From the NCBI GenBank assembly GCA_965248435.1, contig OZ252100.1:736001-800000 (forward strand): a DNA stretch of 64,000 nt, given 5' to 3'. Below the pieces are notes generated by a model, which did no database searches, was not told where the DNA came from, and was given only the letters and a program-made list of their open reading frames with translations. Origin of the DNA: Candidatus Latescibacterota bacterium (lineage in GTDB: Bacteria; Latescibacterota; UBA2968; GCA-2709665). Both the position numbers and the translations under genes were made by a program. Each line of letters opens with the position of its first letter. Position 1 is the first letter of the stretch. Shown here in pieces: positions 59,051 through 64,000 of the stretch.

Positions 59051-59167
59051 AACTAAGGTACAGGGTCTTCATCGCTTCCTCCTTCTATCCTCTTCAAGAC
59101 TATTTTTGCCCTGATCCGAACGAGTGCACGCTCTGAGCGGGGCGTGCTAGGATAGGATGTCTTAGGG

Positions 59168-61210
59168 TTAGTTCATCTCGAACGTACGCACAAGAAACGC
59201 CCACCGGTCTGCCATCTCCTCGATAATCTTATCGGTGGGTTTACCTGCCCCGTGGCCAGCCTTGGTCTCGATGCGGATGAGGGATGGGGGCTCTCCGCCC
59301 TGGGCGTGTTGGAGGGCTGCTGCAAATTTGAAGGAGTGGGCAGGAAACACCCGATCGTCGTGATCGCCCGTCGTAATCAGCGTGGGTGGGTAGGCCGTGC
59401 CGGGCTCTAGATTGTGATAGGGTGAATAGGCCATCAGGGTCTTGAAGTCTTCGGGCTCATCCGGCGAGCCATAGTCGGACGTCCAGGCCCAGCCGATTGT
59501 GAATTTGTGAAAGCGTAGCATATCCATCACCCCGACCGCAGGCAGGCAGGCCCCGAATAGCTCCGGCCTCTGGGTCAGTGCCGCGCCCACCAGCAGTCCT
59601 CCGTTACTGCCGCCGCCGATCGCCAGCCTGGAAGTTTGTGTGTAGCTGTTTTCGATCAGCCACTCCGCGGCAGAGATAAAGTCGTCGAAGCAGTTCTGTT
59701 TGTTGAGCAGGCGACCGCCGTCGTGCCAGTCCTTGCCGTACTCGCCTCCGCCGCGCAGACTAGCCTGAGCGTAAATCCCGCCCATCTCCATCCATACCAG
59801 GTTGCTGATGGAGAACGCAGGGGTCATGGGGATGTTGAAACCCCCGTATCCGTAAAGGTAGGTTGGTGTATCGCCGTTTCGCTCTAGTCCTTTTTTGTAG
59901 CTGATAAACATGGGGATTCGCGTCCCGTCCTTGCTGGGATAGAAGACTTGCTCGGTCGTGTAGGCTTCGGGGTCGAAATCAACATCCGGTTTCCTGAATA
60001 CCTTGCTCAGCCCGGTTTCCAGATCGTAGTGAAAAATTGTTCCGGCTGAGGTAAAACCGGTAAACGCATAAAACGTCTCCCGTTCCTTTTGCTTCCCGTC
60101 GAACCCGAAGACCGAGCCGATCCCTGGAACCTCTACGTCTCGTACCAGGGCCCCAGCCTTGTCCAGGATCCGTATCCTACTGCGAGCATCTTGCAAGTAG
60201 TTGGCGACAAACAGATCATGGACCAAAGTCACGTGCTCCAAGGCATCGCCTGCTTCGGGGATTCTCTCCTTCCAGTTAGACTGGTCCGGTTGGGTCGTAT
60301 CGATGGAGATCACCCTGTATTTTGGCGCCTTGAGATCCGTCATAAAATAGAATTGCGGACCGTCGTTCCCCAGGAACCGGTATTCCGCATCAAAGTCCCT
60401 GAGCAGTTCTACGACCCCATCGCCATCCTGGAGGTTTTGGTAGAACACGCCGTTTTCCCGGTGGGTACCGGTCATCACGTGAATGATCAGGTAAGTTCCG
60501 TCCTCTGTAACGTTTCCTGCGAAGCCCCATTCCTTTTGATCCGGGCGTTCGTAGACGAGGACATCGCTCTCCTGGGCAGTGCGGAGCCGATGGTAGTAGA
60601 GCTTGTGATAGTAGTTGGCCCCTTTGAACTCCTGACCTTCCTCTGGAGCATCGAATCGGCTGTAATAGAAGCCCTGCCCGTCTGGCGTCCAGGATACCCC
60701 CGAAAACTTGACCCATTGCAAGTGATCGTCCAGGTCTTCACCGCTGTCCACTTCTCTAACTCGCCATTCCTGCCAGTCCGATCCCGAGTCCGACAGCCCG
60801 TAAGCAAGGTAGCGTCCATCCTCGCTGGACGAGTGTCCTGAAAGGGCCACAGTACCATCTTCTGATAGCACGTTTGGATCCAGCAACAGCTTGGGCTCGG
60901 CATCCAGTGACGGCATCCAGTAGAGCACGAACTGGTTTTGGAGCCCGTCCTTGCGGGTGAGAAAGTAGCGGCTTCCCCGTTTAGACGGAATGCCATACTT
61001 CTCGTAGTCCCAAAGGGCGGTGATCCGCTCCTGGATCTTCTTGCGTGCAGGGATTTGATTCAACAGCTCGAAGGTCACCCGATTCTGTTGCTCGATCCAG
61101 TTTCGCGTCTCTTCTGAATCCAGGTCTTCGAGCCACCGGTAAGGGTCCGGCACGTAGATTCCGTGCAGGTCCTCTCCTTCGTCTTTGCGGAGGGTATCAG
61201 GATAAATCAT
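59168..61210 (-). CDS. Prolyl oligopeptidase (S9A)
   Basis: DPYRWLED, YGYGGF, GGSNGGLL, DHDDRV, AGHGAGK catalytic motifs. Confidence 0.95.
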   Translation of the reverse strand: MIYPDTLRKDEGEDLHGIYVPDPYRWLEDLDSEETRNWIEQQNRVTFELLNQIPARKKIQERITALWDYEKYGIPSKRGSRYFLTRKDGLQNQFVLYWMPSLDAEPKLLLDPNVLSEDGTVALSGHSSSEDGRYLAYGLSDSGSDWQEWRVREVDSGEDLDDHLQWVKFSGVSWTPDGQGFYYSRFDAPEEGQEFKGANYYHKLYYHRLRTAQESDVLVYERPDQKEWGFAGNVTEDGTYLIIHVMTGTHRENGVFYQNLQDGDGVVELLRDFDAEYRFLGNDGPQFYFMTDLKAPKYRVISIDTTQPDQSNWKERIPEAGDALEHVTLVHDLFVANYLQDARSRIRILDKAGALVRDVEVPGIGSVFGFDGKQKERETFYAFTGFTSAGTIFHYDLETGLSKVFRKPDVDFDPEAYTTEQVFYPSKDGTRIPMFISYKKGLERNGDTPTYLYGYGGFNIPMTPAFSISNLVWMEMGGIYAQASLRGGGEYGKDWHDGGRLLNKQNCFDDFISAAEWLIENSYTQTSRLAIGGGSNGGLLVGAALTQRPELFGACLPAVGVMDMLRFHKFTIGWAWTSDYGSPDEPEDFKTLMAYSPYHNLEPGTAYPPTLITTGDHDDRVFPAHSFKFAAALQHAQGGEPPSLIRIETKAGHGAGKPTDKIIEEMADRWAFLVRTFEMN

Positions 61211-61241
61211 GGGCCTGTTAGGTTGGTGATCCTTGGACAAA

Positions 61242-62030
61242 CTAGGCAGAATTCGCGTCGGGAACCTGCAGATCGGCAGTAACTGGCTCGAACTCACGCG
61301 AAACCACGTAGTCAGGACGGGGATCCTTTACGCCTTTGGGGATGTTTTCGACCGCGCTGTAGGCGAAAATCACCGTTTGGCGTGGCTCCGGTGAGAAGTT
61401 GTGGTTGGAGCCGTGCAGAATGTTGCAATCGAAGAAACAGACGTCACCCGCCTTGCCGACGACCGGATAGATGTCGCTTTCTTCGGCAACGTGCTCTCGC
61501 AGGGCCTCAGGCGTGATGCACCACTGCTTGTAGCTTGTCGTCACCTCGTCGCTGTAGTGGTCCAGTATACCCCACTTGTGCGATCCTTTGACGAGGAGAA
61601 GGCAGCCGTTGTGAATCGTGTTGTCACCAAACATCACCAGGACCGACACCAGGCGGTCATCGACGCCGTCGTATTGCCAGTAGCCGTAATCCTGATGCCA
61701 CATCCAGACCGTACCCTCGAAAGGGGCCTTGAAGTTCAGCTTACTGTGAAAGATGTAGGCATCCTGGCCGAAGATCTGTTTCACCGGCCCTCCGACCGCC
61801 TCCGACCTGCAGATGCTTCGCCAGGGCTCGACGCGACGATGCATACAGAATACCGTGCGCACCGGGCCGCTCTTTTCCCTCACGATGTGCACCTCCTCCG
61901 GGTTGTCCTTCTCGCCCATCAGATCGGCGGCGGAGGCCTGCAGGTCATCGATCTGCTGCCGGGACAGGAGCCCTGGCTGAAACAGAAATCCCTGCTCTTT
62001 ATAGGTCGCTAACTGTTTTTCAGTCCACAC
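61242..62030 (-). CDS. Phytanoyl-CoA dioxygenase (PhyH) family Fe/2OG enzyme
   Basis: HSKLNFK, WHQD, NGCL..KGSH, LHGS..N.S..PR. Confidence 0.88.
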   Translation of the reverse strand: MWTEKQLATYKEQGFLFQPGLLSRQQIDDLQASAADLMGEKDNPEEVHIVREKSGPVRTVFCMHRRVEPWRSICRSEAVGGPVKQIFGQDAYIFHSKLNFKAPFEGTVWMWHQDYGYWQYDGVDDRLVSVLVMFGDNTIHNGCLLLVKGSHKWGILDHYSDEVTTSYKQWCITPEALREHVAEESDIYPVVGKAGDVCFFDCNILHGSNHNFSPEPRQTVIFAYSAVENIPKGVKDPRPDYVVSREFEPVTADLQVPDANSA

Positions 62031-62087
62031 GGATGGTCCTCCATTCTCAAGCCTCCCAATGCAAGTCTGATCAACTTGACCGGCTCC

Positions 62088-63407
62088 TCATCTCATCAGC
62101 ATCTGTGACGGCAGCCACAGCGACAGCTGCGGAAACACCATCGTCAGAATAAGCGCGGCCACGATGAGCAGCAGGAACGGCCAGACGGACTTGTAGATGT
62201 CACCCAGCGTAATCTCCGGGGGACTCACACTCTTCATGTAGAAACAGGCCGGCCCGAAGGGCGGCGACAGGTACGAGATCTGCATGTTCATGCAGAATAC
62301 GACACCGAACCACACGATGTCGAAACCGTGCGCTTTGATGATGGGAATAAACAGCGGCATGGTCAGCAGCACGATACCGATCCAGTCCAGGAACATGCCC
62401 AGAAAGATCAGAATCAGCTGCATCACCACGAGGATGCCCCAGCGCCCAAAGGGAAGGCCGGTTACGGTGTTCTGGACGAACTGGGCGCCGCCGGCAAGCG
62501 TGTAGACCCCGATGAGCGTCTGGGCCCCGAAGAACAGCCACACCAGCATGCAGGTCACCTTGAGCGTGTCGAAGAGAGACTGTTTCACGTTCTGGATCGA
62601 AAGGCTCCGGTGGAACGCGGACACGATCAGGGCCCCTACGCACCCGATTCCGGCCGCTTCCGTCGGTGTCGCCACGCCGGCGTAGATGGAACCCAGGACC
62701 GCTACCGCGAGGAAGAACGGCAGGACCAGACCCCGCAGCAGACGCAGTTTCTCGCTCAGTGCAATCCCTCTTTCCTCCGGCGGAGCAGCGGGCGCCAACT
62801 CCGGGTTCAGGTGCGACCTGATAACGATGTAGGCGACAAAGAGGGCGGCCAGCAATAAACCGGGCACGATCCCTGCGATGAACAGCGCTCCCACCGAGGC
62901 CCCCGATACCATGGCGTAGACGATGAACACGATGCTGGGCGGGATCAGCGAGGCCATGCCGCCTCCGGCACAGATGCTTCCGATGGCGATGCGCTTGTCG
63001 TAGTTTCTCGCGAGCATGGCCGGCAGCGCGACGAGACCGAACGTCACGATTTCGGCACCGATGATTCCCACCATCGCGGCCATAGCCGTGCAGGCGATGA
63101 CCGTCCCGACCGCGAGGCCGCCCCTCAGACCCCCCGACCAGACGTGGACTGCGCGGAAGAGCCACTCCGCCGCCCCGGACCGCTGGAGGATGGAAGCCAT
63201 GAGTACGAACAGAGGGACCGCCACGAGGGTGTAGTTCAGCATCATGTCGTAGACGCGGGCGACCAGCATCGGCATCACGGACGGACCGAACAGGATCAGG
63301 GCGAAAATCACAGAGGTGGCGCCCATCACCCACGCCAGCGGCAAGCCGGACAACAACAGGATGATGAATGTGGCGATGATCAGCAGCGTGATCAGTTCGA
63401 TGCTCAA
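62088..63407 (-). CDS. dctM: TRAP transporter large permease DctM
   Basis: LVAVPLFVLMA, LIPPSI, ATPTEAAG, ISYLSPPFG; the TTG start overlaps the dctQ stop. Confidence 0.92.
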   Translation of the reverse strand: MSIELITLLIIATFIILLLSGLPLAWVMGATSVIFALILFGPSVMPMLVARVYDMMLNYTLVAVPLFVLMASILQRSGAAEWLFRAVHVWSGGLRGGLAVGTVIACTAMAAMVGIIGAEIVTFGLVALPAMLARNYDKRIAIGSICAGGGMASLIPPSIVFIVYAMVSGASVGALFIAGIVPGLLLAALFVAYIVIRSHLNPELAPAAPPEERGIALSEKLRLLRGLVLPFFLAVAVLGSIYAGVATPTEAAGIGCVGALIVSAFHRSLSIQNVKQSLFDTLKVTCMLVWLFFGAQTLIGVYTLAGGAQFVQNTVTGLPFGRWGILVVMQLILIFLGMFLDWIGIVLLTMPLFIPIIKAHGFDIVWFGVVFCMNMQISYLSPPFGPACFYMKSVSPPEITLGDIYKSVWPFLLLIVAALILTMVFPQLSLWLPSQMLMR

Positions 63408-63886
63408 TGACGTTCGCCCCAGATCGCAAAACGGAGATCTTTTACAAGCTTCCCGACGCCCTGGAGAAGCAGGAGAAGGATGCCCACGGCCAGAGCGATC
63501 TTGAAGGGATAGACCGGCGGGTCCCACGGCGAGCCGGATGTCTCCCCCAGCGCAAGCGAATCCAACGCGTAATAAATGGAGGCCCACAACAGCATGCCCA
63601 GATAGAGGGCGAAGAACAGAAAGGTGCAGGCATCGGCGATCGCCCGGCCTCTAGCCGAGAGGCGGCCGTAGAGCAGTTCGATCTTCACGTGTCTTCCCTC
63701 GTGGGCGGTCCACGCGGCCCCCATGACATAGACGAGGGCGCAGCCAAACACCATCGATTCGCTGGCCCACAACGTCGGCGCGTGAAAGAGATACCGCATG
63801 ACGATCTCGGTGACCACCACGAAGACGACGAGCAGCGTCACGACGCTGAACAGTTTTCCGATCCAGGTGACGAGACGATCGATCAA
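63404..63886 (-). CDS. dctQ: TRAP transporter small permease DctQ
   Basis: EIVMRYLFHAPTLWASE, GRHVKIELL, four TM segments. Confidence 0.9.
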   Translation of the reverse strand: MIDRLVTWIGKLFSVVTLLVVFVVVTEIVMRYLFHAPTLWASESMVFGCALVYVMGAAWTAHEGRHVKIELLYGRLSARGRAIADACTFLFFALYLGMLLWASIYYALDSLALGETSGSPWDPPVYPFKIALAVGILLLLLQGVGKLVKDLRFAIWGERH

Positions 63887-63999
63887 TCGCCGTTCCCCCC
63901 TTCATCCACGTTCAACCTTCCCAGTTCCTCGAGCCAGGCCTTCTGGGCGTCGATGACCTTCTTGCACATAGGGCTCTTCTCGGCCCATTCATCCCACAC
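63883..63999 (-). CDS. TRAP substrate-binding protein DctP, C-terminal end (truncated by window)
   Basis: VWDEWAEKSPMCKKVIDAQKAWLEELG; its stop overlaps the dctQ start. Confidence 0.7.
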   Translation of the reverse strand: MWDEWAEKSPMCKKVIDAQKAWLEELGRLNVDEGGNGD

Positions 64000-64000
64000 C

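Noticed and set aside
61242-62030. Ectoine hydroxylase EctD with a TeaABC-like transporter
   Set aside because: It lacks the EctD signature FxWHSDFETWHxEDG (it has WMWHQDYGYW), so it is left as a generic PhyH enzyme.

Overview
This GC-rich bacterial chromosome segment has a gene complement (Omp85/DUF5723 barrels, group II GGGP synthase, large SRP RNA) suggestive of an FCB-group or Latescibacterota-like lineage; the taxonomy is inference. 1-20 kb holds lactate-utilisation LUD genes, an Omp85/DUF4390/NtrYX envelope operon, an AT-rich typA and further outer-membrane genes. 20-40 kb is a long minus-strand housekeeping run: tadA, tRNA-Ser x2, tRNA-Ala, ffs, dnaX-ybaB-recR-pgsA-pgpA-thpR-recA-recX-alaS-GGGPS-ptsH-ptsI-NTP transferase-metK-ahcY. 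44.6-58 kb is accessory: an IS3 element, then a decayed composite island at tRNA-Asn. The island carries DUF1538 x2 + PII, a tRNA-Pro fragment, a three-domain IPCT-DIPPS-HAD gene, an attC-like site next to rpsU, a peroxiredoxin and vapBC. The window ends with a prolyl oligopeptidase, a PhyH dioxygenase and a TRAP transporter. The most striking unexplained pattern is a set of gene junctions carrying inverted arms of 7-8 bp tandem repeats. One pair encloses an intact four-helix-bundle gene, one a decayed copy, and several are empty, which suggests an undescribed hairpin-bounded mobile cassette. Other highlights are the IPCT-DIPPS-HAD fusion, a kinase-like domain fused to an Omp85 barrel, and bS21 arranged like an integron cassette. 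All calls come from manual reading; no database searches were run.
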